Below are positions 1-9,302 of a stretch of DNA of 64,000 nt, one piece after another. This DNA comes from an uncultured delta proteobacterium (lineage in GTDB: Bacteria; Desulfobacterota; Desulfomonilia; UBA1062). Under the pieces are notes generated by a model that saw only the letters and a list, made by a program, of their open reading frames with translations, had not been told where the DNA came from and did no database searches. Made by a program: the position numbers and the translations under genes. The stretch covers positions 128,001 through 192,000 of the forward strand of contig CAVVYZ010000001.1 of the NCBI GenBank assembly GCA_963752595.1. The letters are read 5' to 3'. Every line of letters starts with the position of its first letter. The stretch's first letter is position 1.

Positions 1-341
1 TCTCCAAAGGGCAGTTCCAGGGCATCGCCGTTTACCCACAGGATATCCCGCCCGGTAGCCTGGGCCTTGCCCACCTTCATCATATCCGGAGTGAGGTCCA
101 GGGCCGCCACCCGGATGCCCGGGTCCGATGATTTTGCCTCAAGCGCTATCTTGCCCGTGCCTGCACCCGCGTCCAGGAGGATCCCGCCCCGGGGGACAGC
201 TGCATATTTCAAGACAAGGCTGCGCCAGTGTCTGTCGCGTCCGAAGCTCATCAGGGTGTTAAGGAGGTCATAATGCCTGGAGATGCGGCTGAACATCCCC
301 TGTATGGTTGCATTCCAGTCAGGCCTTTGTTTGTCTATCAT
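1..341 (-). CDS. ubiE: UbiE/MenG family quinone C-methyltransferase (5' part; runs off window)
   Basis: Manual translation from ATG at 341: MIDKQRPDWNATIQGMFSRISRHYDLLNTLMSFGRDRHWR...LLDAGAGTGKIA...GDALELPF. It has the YDLLN-xxMSFG signature and the SAM-binding motif. GAGG lies upstream. Not in the ORF track. Confidence 0.88.
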   Translation of the reverse strand, partial: MIDKQRPDWNATIQGMFSRISRHYDLLNTLMSFGRDRHWRSLVLKYAAVPRGGILLDAGAGTGKIALEAKSSDPGIRVAALDLTPDMMKVGKAQATGRDILWVNGDALELPFG

Positions 342-477
342 ATCAATACCTCTACCGGAGTTTTACCATTTCAAGAATCCATAGCAAAAAAGCTTTACCC
401 CTGTAAAGGGAAGAGATATCTTTAAAGGCCCGCTATGGAGGACTTTAAGGGAAGGAGCTTTGGTCACAGGTGCAAGG

Positions 478-1401
478 ATGAAGACGATTATCGACGCACA
501 TACCCATCTCGGGGATATCCTCTTTGAAGGAGGAGGCAGGCTCATCATGCAAAGGGGGGTGAGGAAGAGGCTCATCCTCGATCCTTTTCTGCTCTCGGAG
601 ATGCTCGCATACCGGTGGTGTCTGCCGGATACGGTGTTCTGCTTCCTGTTCCCCGGGCTGGCGACAAAGGTGCAGCATGCCCGCAACGCACTGGGCACCT
701 ATGAGAATTTCCGCTCCTCCATGGATGAGGCGGGAGTCGGGCGCAGCGTGTGTATGCCCATCCCTCCGTATGTGACGTTCGAGGATCTCCTGCCTGTCCA
801 TGAGAAAGACCCGACGATTATCCCGTTTACGGGCATAGATTTCACCAGGAAGTATGACCTGGCAGCATCTTTGGCCCGGGATGTCGAAAGGGGGGCCAGG
901 GGAATCAAGCTCCATCCTATTATCCAGCGTGTTTCCCTGGATTCCGGGAAAACCTTCGAGGCAGTGGATGCCTTTGCATCCCACGGGCTGCCCGTGCTCT
1001 TCCACTGCGGGGTCACTTCCTACTTTTACGGCCCGGACAGAAGGCGGGAAGTCCCCCATTACGGTAATGTTTCCCATGCGGCAGAACTCGTACGGGCCTT
1101 TCCCAAAGTGAACTTCATTGCAGGCCATGCGGGCCTGGAAGAAGTGAACGATGTGGTCAGTGCCCTCTCAAAATTTTCCAATGCATACGTGGACATCTCG
1201 TTCCAGAGCCCCCGGATCATCAAAGGCCTCATGCAGGCCTTCGGGCCGGAACGCGTCCTGTTCGCATCCGACTGGCCCTGGGGAAGCAGGCATGCCTCGA
1301 TGCGCGCGGTGCGAGCCGCCTGCAATGGAGACAAAAGGATCGAAGAAAGGATATTCTGCTCGAATGCAGCCTCGCTGATGAACATCTCTCCGGACGGATA
1401 A
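478..1401 (+). CDS. Amidohydrolase_2 family metal-dependent hydrolase
   Basis: IDAHTH (HxH), GIKLHP, PVLFHCG, IAGHAG and LFASDWPW motifs. Start moved to ATG 478. Confidence 0.85.
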   Translation: MKTIIDAHTHLGDILFEGGGRLIMQRGVRKRLILDPFLLSEMLAYRWCLPDTVFCFLFPGLATKVQHARNALGTYENFRSSMDEAGVGRSVCMPIPPYVTFEDLLPVHEKDPTIIPFTGIDFTRKYDLAASLARDVERGARGIKLHPIIQRVSLDSGKTFEAVDAFASHGLPVLFHCGVTSYFYGPDRRREVPHYGNVSHAAELVRAFPKVNFIAGHAGLEEVNDVVSALSKFSNAYVDISFQSPRIIKGLMQAFGPERVLFASDWPWGSRHASMRAVRAACNGDKRIEERIFCSNAASLMNISPDG

Positions 1402-1717
1402 TGTCTTTGCAGGGAAAGATACATCCTTGACATACGAAAGCCGAAATCGATGAAACCATCGGTCCCCCGGCGGCCCGGGCTCATCCCGATGGATCACTGC
1501 ACCGGGAAACCGGCACGGGAAAAGTAGTATTCCATTGATGCATATCAATGGGGATGAGCATCTGTTGGTGCATAATCCCTCTCTAAAGAGAAGACGCTCT
1601 TTTTAGAACACGAAAAAGGGGGACGGAATATTCCAGGAGGGATGATATGGATACAACCGGTTTCGTGTAGGATTTTTGATAAAGTGAGATGCGCACGCAT
1701 CTAAAGGAGTAAAGCGA

Positions 1718-1873
1718 ATGTACGACATACTGATCTTTCTCGCCGTCATAGGGCTCTGGTTTTTTCTCCAGACATGGCTCCTGCCTAAATTCGGAGTAAA
1801 GACCTGAATGAGCCCGGCCTGTCCGGTCGGGGACAGGGAAAAGAAACCCAAAAAAGAAGGTAAGGAACCTTAG
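1718..1873 (+). CDS. Candidate small membrane selenoprotein (51 aa, UGA at codon 30)
   Basis: AAGGAG RBS, ATG 1718, hydrophobic N-terminus MYDILIFLAVIGLWFFLQTWLLPKFGVKT, in-frame TGA 1805-1807, then MSPACPVGDREKKPKKEGKEP-TAG. A SECIS-like hairpin follows the TGA. Confidence 0.65.
1818..1837 (+). promoter_or_regulatory. Bacterial SECIS-like hairpin
   Basis: CCTGTCC-GGTCGG-GGACAGG: perfect 7-bp stem starting 10 nt after the UGA, with an apical loop beginning GG. Confidence 0.6.
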
Positions 1874-2196
1874 CGTCAGGGATTGAGGGGGATGCCCGTA
1901 CAACATCAACGGCCCCCCCCATGCCCTGTTGAAAAGAGCTAATCTATGGCAACTATTGAATCCGAGGGCTCTATTATTATCTATACATTAAATTCGAATA
2001 TATAAGGCTTGAATAGCTGGGAAAAACAATTGATGACATGTGGTTTATACTCATCAGATGTCCTTTGAATATGGGCCTTCAATTTCTCCTTTTCTTACCT
2101 TACGGAATAATATAATAATCCTAGAGTGTAGTGTGTGAAGTAACGCCTTTTCGGGCCGTATTCACTGTAGTGTATTATTAGCTGAGAGTTAGGGGC

Positions 2197-2721
2197 ATGG
2201 ATAAAGCTCAATCAATTAAATCGGTCGGAAGTATTTTTTCCAACGGTACGGTAGATTTACCTGAAGCCCCGGGGGTATATGCATTTTGGTGGATTGCTGA
2301 AAAAAGCATATTGATGAGCTCAAATAGACACATCGTGCTCAAGGGTCCGGGCGAACGACCTGTCGATGTCGAATTTATGGATTGGTGGCCGCAGGAAATA
2401 GAATTCCCATGCCTATACGTGGGAAAGTCTACAAACTTAAAGAAAAGATTTTCATTACACATAAAAAGGAACTGTGCCGGTCGTCTTCATGTGATATCTG
2501 GAACGAACGAAAAGCAAAAACCGGTGACAACTTCGTGTCAGCTCAGGTACGGAATCGAACATATATTCAAAAATACCCCGGATCCGTTGAGGATTATCTT
2601 CAGCTCTGTTGGATTTTCGTATAGTCGGTTCTCAGTAAAGGATATCGCCGAAAGGTTTTTTATGGAAGACAGGCTGATTGGAACATGGAAGCCTTGGCTC
2701 AATGTTGATTCAGAACGATAG
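2197..2721 (+). CDS. Stand-alone GIY-YIG nuclease family protein
   Basis: PGVYAF...LYVGKSTNLKKRF, followed by a conserved-looking E and a terminal PWLN. Confidence 0.75.
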   Translation: MDKAQSIKSVGSIFSNGTVDLPEAPGVYAFWWIAEKSILMSSNRHIVLKGPGERPVDVEFMDWWPQEIEFPCLYVGKSTNLKKRFSLHIKRNCAGRLHVISGTNEKQKPVTTSCQLRYGIEHIFKNTPDPLRIIFSSVGFSYSRFSVKDIAERFFMEDRLIGTWKPWLNVDSER

Positions 2722-2817
2722 CTGCGTTTAAAGAATCACTCACGGGTTTGTGGCGGCTCTGCGCCCTTTATTCAAAACCAATAAGGATCACAGGGCTTAC
2801 GGGGACAGAAACCGGAA

Positions 2818-3310
2818 ATGGCAGCAAAAGAAGCAACAGCACGCATTAAGATCAACAAGCTGCTCGAAGCTGCGGGCCGGCGGTTTTTTGCAGAGGGCAA
2901 GACCCCTGCAAACATACGGCTTGAACCCGGCGTCATCATCAAATCGGCCGACCTTGACGCTTTCGGTGAAAACTTCGAGAAGACACAGAAAGGGTTTATC
3001 GATTTCCTTCTCCTCAACGAGAAAGGCTTCCCGTTCATTGTCCTCGAAGCCAAGGCCGAAGATAAAAATCCGCTCATCGGCAAGGAACAGGCCCGCAAGT
3101 ATGCACGCTCTCAGAGTTGCCCAAAAGACGGTCTCTCTGACTTCTCTGAGAAATTTCATAATCCCCCTACCGCCCTTCGAAACCCAGCAACAAATAGTCG
3201 CAGAGATCGAGGCCGAGCAGGCCCTCGTCGCAGCAAACCGTGAACTGATCGAGCGCTTCGAGAAAAGGATCCAGGCAACCATTGCCCGGGTCTGGGGAGA
3301 AGAGTTATGA
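2818..3310 (+). pseudogene. Type I restriction-modification remnant: HsdR N-terminus joined out of frame to an HsdS (or M-S fusion) C-terminus
   Basis: 2818-3120 encodes KEATARIKINKLLEAAG...GFIDFLLL...VLEAKAEDKNPLIGKEQARKYA (HsdR nuclease domain). From ~3116 another frame encodes AQKTVSLTSLRNFIIPLPPFETQQQIVAEIE...RVWGEEL (HsdS-type IPLPP/QxxIV helix). Confidence 0.8.
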
Positions 3311-4326
3311 GCAAAGATCTGACCAACTCATCCGTCCATCGCCAGAACATCCTCAACAACCCTTATGCACTCCGGGAGATCGAGAAGGCGGCGCGGATCA
3401 CCGGTATCCCCTTCGAGGGGAAGACCGTTGTGCTCAAGGAGCAGGTGGCCGCATTTTTCGAGGTCACTCCCCGCACGGTGGACAATTACATCGAGAAATA
3501 TAGCGACGAGCTTCGCCGGAACGGGTACGAGGTGTTGCGCGGCAAACGCCTAAAAGCATTGAAGGAAGCGATTTCCGAGATGGGTGGTAACGAAACGGAT
3601 TTCGTTACCAAAACCACCGTGCTCGGCATCTTCGACTTCCGGGCTTTCCTGAACCTGGCCATGCTCATGGTGGAGAGCGAGCGGGCGCGGCTGCTGCGGC
3701 AGCTCATCCTGGATATCGTTATCGACACCATCAATCGACGCACCGGCGGGGGCACCAAGTATATCAACCAGCGGGACGAGGATTTCCTGCAATCCTGGTT
3801 CGAGGAAGAAAACTACCGCAAGCAGTTCACCGATGCCCTGCGAGATTGCGTGGACATGGGCAACTTCAAGTACCCTCTCTACACCGACAAAATCTATGTG
3901 AGCATCTTCCGGGAGAAAGCGACCGTGTACCGCAAGGTGCTGCGGCTGCATGAAAAGGATAAGGTGCGGGATACATTTTATGCCGAGATCCTCGATCTGG
4001 TGGCCTCGTATGAATGCGGCTTTGCCGATGTGCTGCGCAGGGCCTTTGCCGGGAAAGGACACAAGCTTAGTTCCTGGGAGGTGGATGCACTCTTCGCCGA
4101 TTTTGAACAGCAGGCCCACTGGAGGCCGTTGATCGAGAAAGCCCGGAATAAAATGGCAAGCCGCAATCTCGCCTTCCGGGATGCGTTGCACAAGCAGTTG
4201 ACAGAGTACGTCACGCCTGTGAGGAGGGAGGATTTCGAACGCTTTCTCGGCGAGAAGAGCAAGGAGTTGGCCGAACGCCTGGAGGATGCCAAAGACGTTA
4301 TGAAACGGCTCAAGGAGCGCGAGTAG
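3307..4326 (+). CDS. Putative DNA-binding protein (339 aa) coupled to Doc
   Basis: Intact ORF overlapping the upstream stop (ATGA), with an HTH-like segment KEQVAAFFEVTPRTVDNYIEK. Confidence 0.65.
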   Translation: MSKDLTNSSVHRQNILNNPYALREIEKAARITGIPFEGKTVVLKEQVAAFFEVTPRTVDNYIEKYSDELRRNGYEVLRGKRLKALKEAISEMGGNETDFVTKTTVLGIFDFRAFLNLAMLMVESERARLLRQLILDIVIDTINRRTGGGTKYINQRDEDFLQSWFEEENYRKQFTDALRDCVDMGNFKYPLYTDKIYVSIFREKATVYRKVLRLHEKDKVRDTFYAEILDLVASYECGFADVLRRAFAGKGHKLSSWEVDALFADFEQQAHWRPLIEKARNKMASRNLAFRDALHKQLTEYVTPVRREDFERFLGEKSKELAERLEDAKDVMKRLKERE

Positions 4327-4328
4327 CC

Positions 4329-4784
4329 GTGCCGATCCTCTACCTCACACTCGATCAGGCCATCGAAATACACCGCAAGACAGTAGAGATCAGCGGAGGA
4401 GGAGCCATGGGGCATCTGGAGCTGGGCAAGCTGGACAGCGTGCTCGCTCACATCCGGAATGACGATTACTATCCGACTTTCGCAGACAAACTCACGCACC
4501 TCTTTTTCTGCGCCTGCAAATTCCATTGTTTTGAAGACGGCAACAAGCGCATAGCCATCACCCTGAGCGCCCAGATGCTGCTCCAGAACGGCTATCTCTA
4601 CTGCGCCGATCACTTTCTCCGAGAGATGGAAAACATCAGCTACCACGTCGCTGCCGGAAGAATCGGCAAAGAACTGCTGGGCGAGATTATCGAGGCCTGC
4701 CTGAATGGAGAGATGGATTCTGAGCCGCTCAAACTGAAAATTCTCGAAGCCATCTCCAGGGAAGATCCACAGGCACAGGGGTAA
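4329..4784 (+). CDS. Fic/Doc family (death-on-curing type) protein
   Basis: HCFEDGNKR matches the Doc-type HxFx(D/N)GNKR motif. Confidence 0.88.
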   Translation: MPILYLTLDQAIEIHRKTVEISGGGAMGHLELGKLDSVLAHIRNDDYYPTFADKLTHLFFCACKFHCFEDGNKRIAITLSAQMLLQNGYLYCADHFLREMENISYHVAAGRIGKELLGEIIEACLNGEMDSEPLKLKILEAISREDPQAQG

Positions 4785-4911
4785 AGTATTATGGATGATG
4801 CATAACCAATTCTGGAATACTTGCCGGTCTCCTTCAAGACACCAAAGGAGTTCCTTTTTGCTTCGCCGGGATTATATTGTCAGATAATAACAGTATATAC
4901 CGGAGGAGCGT

Positions 4912-5784
4912 ATGATTATCGACTGCCACTATCATCTGGAGGAGAGGGTATTCACCAAGGCCGAGCTTCTGAAGGAAATGGACAGGGCAGGTGTGGAGAA
5001 GATCGCACTCATGGGGTCCATGATCGAGCCTTTCCCGGAACCGCCCAAGTTTCTGCTGGGAATCCTCCAGAAATTCCTGGAAAGCAGACGGATGAGAGTG
5101 CTGGGCAAGCTCCTGATATCCAATTTCACCCCGCAGGGCGATATCAAGATACTCGGGCATCCGTATCACATCGTGCAGGACCCTGAGAACGGCCCTGTCT
5201 TCGATGCGGTCAGCGGAAATCCGGGGCGCTTCCTCGGATGGGTGTTCGTCAATCCCAGGGGGAAGAAAAATCAGGTTGAAGAGCTGAATATGTACAAGGA
5301 CATGCCCGGATTCATCGGGGTGAAGGCCCATCCTTTCTGGCATCATTTTACCCCTGTTGAGCTGCTGCCCGTAGCAAAGACCCTGGCTGATATGGGCAAG
5401 CCTTTGCTCATTCACCGGGGGTTCGGTGAAGAGGGAGACATCAGCGGTCTTCTCCGCGAGGCGCCGGGGTTAAAGCTTATCCTCGCCCATACCGGATTCC
5501 CGGATTACTCGGATATGTGGAAGGAAGCTTCTTCATTCACGAATGTATATTTCGACCTTTCCCAGACCTCATACGTCAGCGAAAAATCCACCAGAGAGAT
5601 TATCACATACCTCGGCCCCGACAGGCTTCTCTTCGGGACCGACGGTCCCTATGGGTTCCATGACGAGCACGGCAGGTATGACTACGGCTTCATCAAGCGC
5701 AGGATAGAGATGCTCTTTCCCCAGGAAAACATCAGGAGAAAGCTCCTGGGAGAGAATTTCGCCGGGCTCGTCGGAACGGTATAA
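4912..5784 (+). CDS. Amidohydrolase_2 family metal-dependent hydrolase
   Basis: IDCHYH, GVKAHP, LLIHRG, ILAHTG and LFGTDGP motifs; GGAGGAG RBS. Confidence 0.85.
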   Translation: MIIDCHYHLEERVFTKAELLKEMDRAGVEKIALMGSMIEPFPEPPKFLLGILQKFLESRRMRVLGKLLISNFTPQGDIKILGHPYHIVQDPENGPVFDAVSGNPGRFLGWVFVNPRGKKNQVEELNMYKDMPGFIGVKAHPFWHHFTPVELLPVAKTLADMGKPLLIHRGFGEEGDISGLLREAPGLKLILAHTGFPDYSDMWKEASSFTNVYFDLSQTSYVSEKSTREIITYLGPDRLLFGTDGPYGFHDEHGRYDYGFIKRRIEMLFPQENIRRKLLGENFAGLVGTV

Positions 5785-5807
5785 TCAAGCCTTGGCAGGC
5801 CAAAATC

Positions 5808-6821
5808 TCAGAGCTGCCTTCCGGTTGCCTCCACGAAGGGTTTCAACTCGGCCATGAGGCGTGAGAACTGATCGGGGTAAAGGGACTGATGGCCGTCCGA
5901 CAGTGCCTGCGTCGGATCGCAGTGGACTTCGAGCAGGATGCCGTCTGCCCCGCAGGCGACCGCTGCCTTGGACATGGGCCCGACATACTCCCGCACGCCG
6001 GTGCCGTGGGATGGGTCCACGATGACCGGGAGGTGGCTGTGCTGTTTGATGAATGGAATGGCAGTGAGATCGAGGGTGTTGCGCGTTGCGGTTTCAAAGG
6101 TGCGGATGCCCCGCTCGCACAGGATCACGTTCGGGTTTCCCTCTGAAAGGATGTACTCCGCGGCCAGGAGCAGATCTTCCAGGGTTGCGGACATGCCCCG
6201 CTTCAGGATCACGGGTTTCTGGCTTTTGCCTAAGGCCTTGAGCAGCCGGAAGTTCTGCATGTTGCGGGCGCCCACCTGGAACGCCGAGGCATACTGCTCC
6301 ACGAGAGGCACGTCCTGGGTTTCAACGACCTCGGTCACTGCAGGCATTCCGGTTGCAGTTGCGACCTCGTGCAGGATCTTCAGGCCTTCTTCACCCAGGC
6401 CCTGGAAACTGTACGGGCTCGACCTGGGCTTGTAGGCGCCGCCCCTTAAGCAGTGTGCGCCTGCCTTTTTCACGGCCGATGCGGTATCGTGCATCTGCTC
6501 ACGGCTCTCCACTGCGCACGGCCCGGCAATGACCGTGAATCTTCCGCCCCCCACCGGCACGCCTCCGATATCCACTATCGTGCCCGAGGGGCGTATGTCT
6601 CTGCTCACGAGTTTGTACGGGGTGAGAACCGGTGTTATCCGTTCTACGATCGGATGGCTTTCCAGGTGGAGCCGGCCCAGCTCCCGTTCGTCTCCGATGG
6701 CACCCAGCACCGTGCGCTCGGTGCCCGGCATGAAGAGGGGCTTCAGACCTACGGATTCGATCCTCTGCAGTATCTCGTCCGCCTGCTGCTTTGTCGAACC
6801 TGGTTTCAGAACGATAATCAT
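5808..6821 (-). CDS. aroF: DAHP synthase, type I-beta with N-terminal ferredoxin-like regulatory domain
   Basis: IAGPCAVES, RGGAYKPRSSPYSFQGLG, GARNMQNF, LCERGIRTFE and VDPSHGTG motifs. Confidence 0.95.
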   Translation of the reverse strand: MIIVLKPGSTKQQADEILQRIESVGLKPLFMPGTERTVLGAIGDERELGRLHLESHPIVERITPVLTPYKLVSRDIRPSGTIVDIGGVPVGGGRFTVIAGPCAVESREQMHDTASAVKKAGAHCLRGGAYKPRSSPYSFQGLGEEGLKILHEVATATGMPAVTEVVETQDVPLVEQYASAFQVGARNMQNFRLLKALGKSQKPVILKRGMSATLEDLLLAAEYILSEGNPNVILCERGIRTFETATRNTLDLTAIPFIKQHSHLPVIVDPSHGTGVREYVGPMSKAAVACGADGILLEVHCDPTQALSDGHQSLYPDQFSRLMAELKPFVEATGRQL

Positions 6822-7008
6822 GGGCTCTCATCCTTTCTTGTCTTCCCCCCCCCTGTAACTATACAGGAGCGGGACAAGCTTTATTTGTGTTTCTATAAAT
6901 AGTAACATAAAAACCCGGCAGAGGAAACTACCAAATCCATTTCATTCATGACCGGAGGCAGGTGATCATCAAAAAAAGGCACCCCTTGCAGGCAGTCATG
7001 GCATTTCT

Positions 7009-8919
7009 TCACGAGCAGAAGAGACGGCAGAGGATCTGGGTCGAGAGGATGCCCACCAGCGCGCTGTTGTCGCGGAACCCGAGGCGGTTCGAGGCCGCGC
7101 ATTTGTCCATGAGCCGGGCCACGGCATCGGGATTGAATATCCCCGCAGCATTGAGCGTATTTTCATGAAGATACCGGGAAAAGGAATTTTTGAGTTTCCC
7201 GCCTGCAAAGAAAGATTCCTTGTTCGGGGCGCCGTACGGCTGCTTGGTCCGGGTAAAGATCTCTTCAGGGAGCGTATCCATGAAGGCTTTTTTCAGGATG
7301 AACTTCTCTTTGAGGCCCTTTATCTTGAGTGCCGGATGAATGCGACCGGCGTATTCTGCGAGGCGGTGGTCCAGGAACGGATACCTGCCTTCCACACTGT
7401 TGGCCATTGCCATGCGCTCTCCCTGGGAGGAGAGGAGGTACCCTGCCAGCAGCAATTTCATCTCCAGGTACTGGGCCTGGTTCAGGGGGTGCCACGAGGA
7501 AAAGTCCGGGTTTAAGTGCGGCCGCAACTCATCGACGGGATCATAGTCTTTTAAGCTCTCCCTGATATCCTCATGGAAATAATCCCTGATCGAAGAGGTA
7601 TTTCTCCAGGTGGGGAGATGGGAATACCCGAAGTGATCCGTTGCCGCGAGGTCGTTTTTGTAGAACGAGACCAGAAGCCTGCCGGAGCGTCTCATCTGAA
7701 CCGGTGAATAGGGGTAGAGCCTGAAGAGAAGGAGCGGCCGCAGCCTGGAATCCGGCATCCTGGACCAGAACCTGCGGATCTTGGCCTCCTTGAAGATATC
7801 GTAGCCCCCGAAGATTTCATCAGAGCCCTCTCCGGTGAGCACTACCTTGATCCCGTGACTGCGTGTAAGCCTGGAGAGCATGTACATGGGTGAAGGCGCT
7901 GTGCGCAGGACCGGGGTTTCCGTGTGCCATACGACATTGCTGAATACGGAAGCGATGTCGTCATGGGATACTTTCGTGACATGGTGGGTGGTGCCGAGCC
8001 TTTCTCCCATGGCAAGCTGGAAGGCCGACTCATCGTAGTCAGGGTCCTGGAAGCTCACGGAAAAGGTTTCCATGGTGGGGGTATGCCGCTTGATCAGGGC
8101 CGTAAGGATGCTCGAGTCCAGCCCGCCGCTTAAGTATGCACCCACGGGTACATCGGAGCGGAGCCTTACGGCAGTGGAATCGTCGAGGATCTCCCGGATG
8201 CCTTCCACGGCGTCATCCTGCCGGACAATGTCGTGCTCCCCGCTGGGCGGAAAGGTGATGTCCCAATAGAGAAACGATTTTTTCCTGCCGGGCTCATGGA
8301 TGATGCACTCGCCGGGCCTGAGCTGAAAGATATTTTCAAACACGGTTTGGGGCGCGAGGGTATTCCAGAAGGTAAAGACCTGGCTGATCCCTTTCGGATC
8401 TATCCGGGGCTTGCCTGTAAAGGGGAGCAGCGCCTTGACGGCAGAGGCAAAAACAAGGCTCGGGCCTTGGTACGTATAGAAGAGGGGGGCTATCCCGAAC
8501 CTGTCCCGTGCCAGCATGAGCCGCTTTTTCCGTGTATCCCACAAGGCAAAGGCGAACTGGCCGTTTAAAAGAGATAAAAATTCCGGCCCGTGTTCCTCGT
8601 AGAGGTGGACAAGGACTTCGATGTCGCAGGTCGTGGAGAACACGTGGCCCCGCTTCTGCAATCCTGCCCGCAGCTCCACATAGTTGAAGATCTCGCCGTT
8701 GCATACCACCCAGACAGTCTTGTCCTCGTTGGCCATGGGCTGGTCGCCGGTCGTCAGGTCGATGATGGCGAGGCGCCTGTGGCCCAGTATGATTTCATTG
8801 TCCCGGTAAATGCCTGAGCCGTCCGGCCCCCGGTACTCCATGAGGGAAAGTGATTCCTCCATGGCGGAATCGGGGAAGATGCCCGGGCGATGATTGTAAA
8901 TCCCTGCAATACCGCACAT
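7009..8919 (-). CDS. asnB: Asparagine synthase (glutamine-hydrolysing) family amidotransferase
   Basis: True start MCGIAG (Ntn Cys2) at 8919; GHRRLAIID, NGEIFN, LSGGLDSS and LTGEGSDE motifs. Confidence 0.9.
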   Translation of the reverse strand: MCGIAGIYNHRPGIFPDSAMEESLSLMEYRGPDGSGIYRDNEIILGHRRLAIIDLTTGDQPMANEDKTVWVVCNGEIFNYVELRAGLQKRGHVFSTTCDIEVLVHLYEEHGPEFLSLLNGQFAFALWDTRKKRLMLARDRFGIAPLFYTYQGPSLVFASAVKALLPFTGKPRIDPKGISQVFTFWNTLAPQTVFENIFQLRPGECIIHEPGRKKSFLYWDITFPPSGEHDIVRQDDAVEGIREILDDSTAVRLRSDVPVGAYLSGGLDSSILTALIKRHTPTMETFSVSFQDPDYDESAFQLAMGERLGTTHHVTKVSHDDIASVFSNVVWHTETPVLRTAPSPMYMLSRLTRSHGIKVVLTGEGSDEIFGGYDIFKEAKIRRFWSRMPDSRLRPLLLFRLYPYSPVQMRRSGRLLVSFYKNDLAATDHFGYSHLPTWRNTSSIRDYFHEDIRESLKDYDPVDELRPHLNPDFSSWHPLNQAQYLEMKLLLAGYLLSSQGERMAMANSVEGRYPFLDHRLAEYAGRIHPALKIKGLKEKFILKKAFMDTLPEEIFTRTKQPYGAPNKESFFAGGKLKNSFSRYLHENTLNAAGIFNPDAVARLMDKCAASNRLGFRDNSALVGILSTQILCRLFCS

Positions 8920-8946
8920 TGCATTTCTCCATAATAACAGTAGTAG

Positions 8947-9052
8947 TACCTTGTCAACTTTGCCCCCTCTCCCTTGCCCTCTCCCCCGGTACCGGGAGAG
9001 AGGGCAAAGGCGAGGGGGAATGCTCACCTGTGAATTCGAAGTTGACAAGGTA
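8947..9052. mobile_element. MITE-like element (106 bp) with terminal inverted repeats and an internal GC-rich hairpin
   Basis: TACCTTGTCAACTT (8947-8960) and AAGTTGACAAGGTA (9039-9052) are perfect 14-bp inverted repeats with TA outermost. An internal imperfect hairpin spans ~8963-9018. Confidence 0.65.
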
Positions 9053-9302
9053 GCAGGTCCGCATGCCCGGTTAGAGTGCATACGGCGTGGGAGTGTATCT
9101 GCAAGCTGCCTTCCAATTAATTCAAGGGGCACAGGCTTTCGGAAAAGAAGGAGGTAAACTCATTGAGTATGGGAATAAAATAGAAAGGTTATACAGTTTT
9201 ATACCCGGAACACCTGTGGTTAAAGTGCCGTTTTGCGTAAATCCTCGAAGGGCCGAATTTGGATGAAGCCTCAAAGATTGGACAATTTTGTCCTTTCTGT
9301 TC

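Noticed and set aside
1479-1559. Inverted repeat GCTCATCCC/GGGATGAGC after the first amidohydrolase
   Set aside because: Only 9 bp with a long unstructured spacer; not enough to call an RNA or element.
2750-3310. 186-aa ORF as a real protein
   Set aside because: Only the last ~65 residues are HsdS-like; the rest is an off-frame reading of the hsdR remnant.
8920-9132. 71-aa N-terminal extension of AsnB
   Set aside because: Ntn amidotransferases need Cys at the mature N-terminus (MCG at 8919). The extension is read-through across the MITE-like element.
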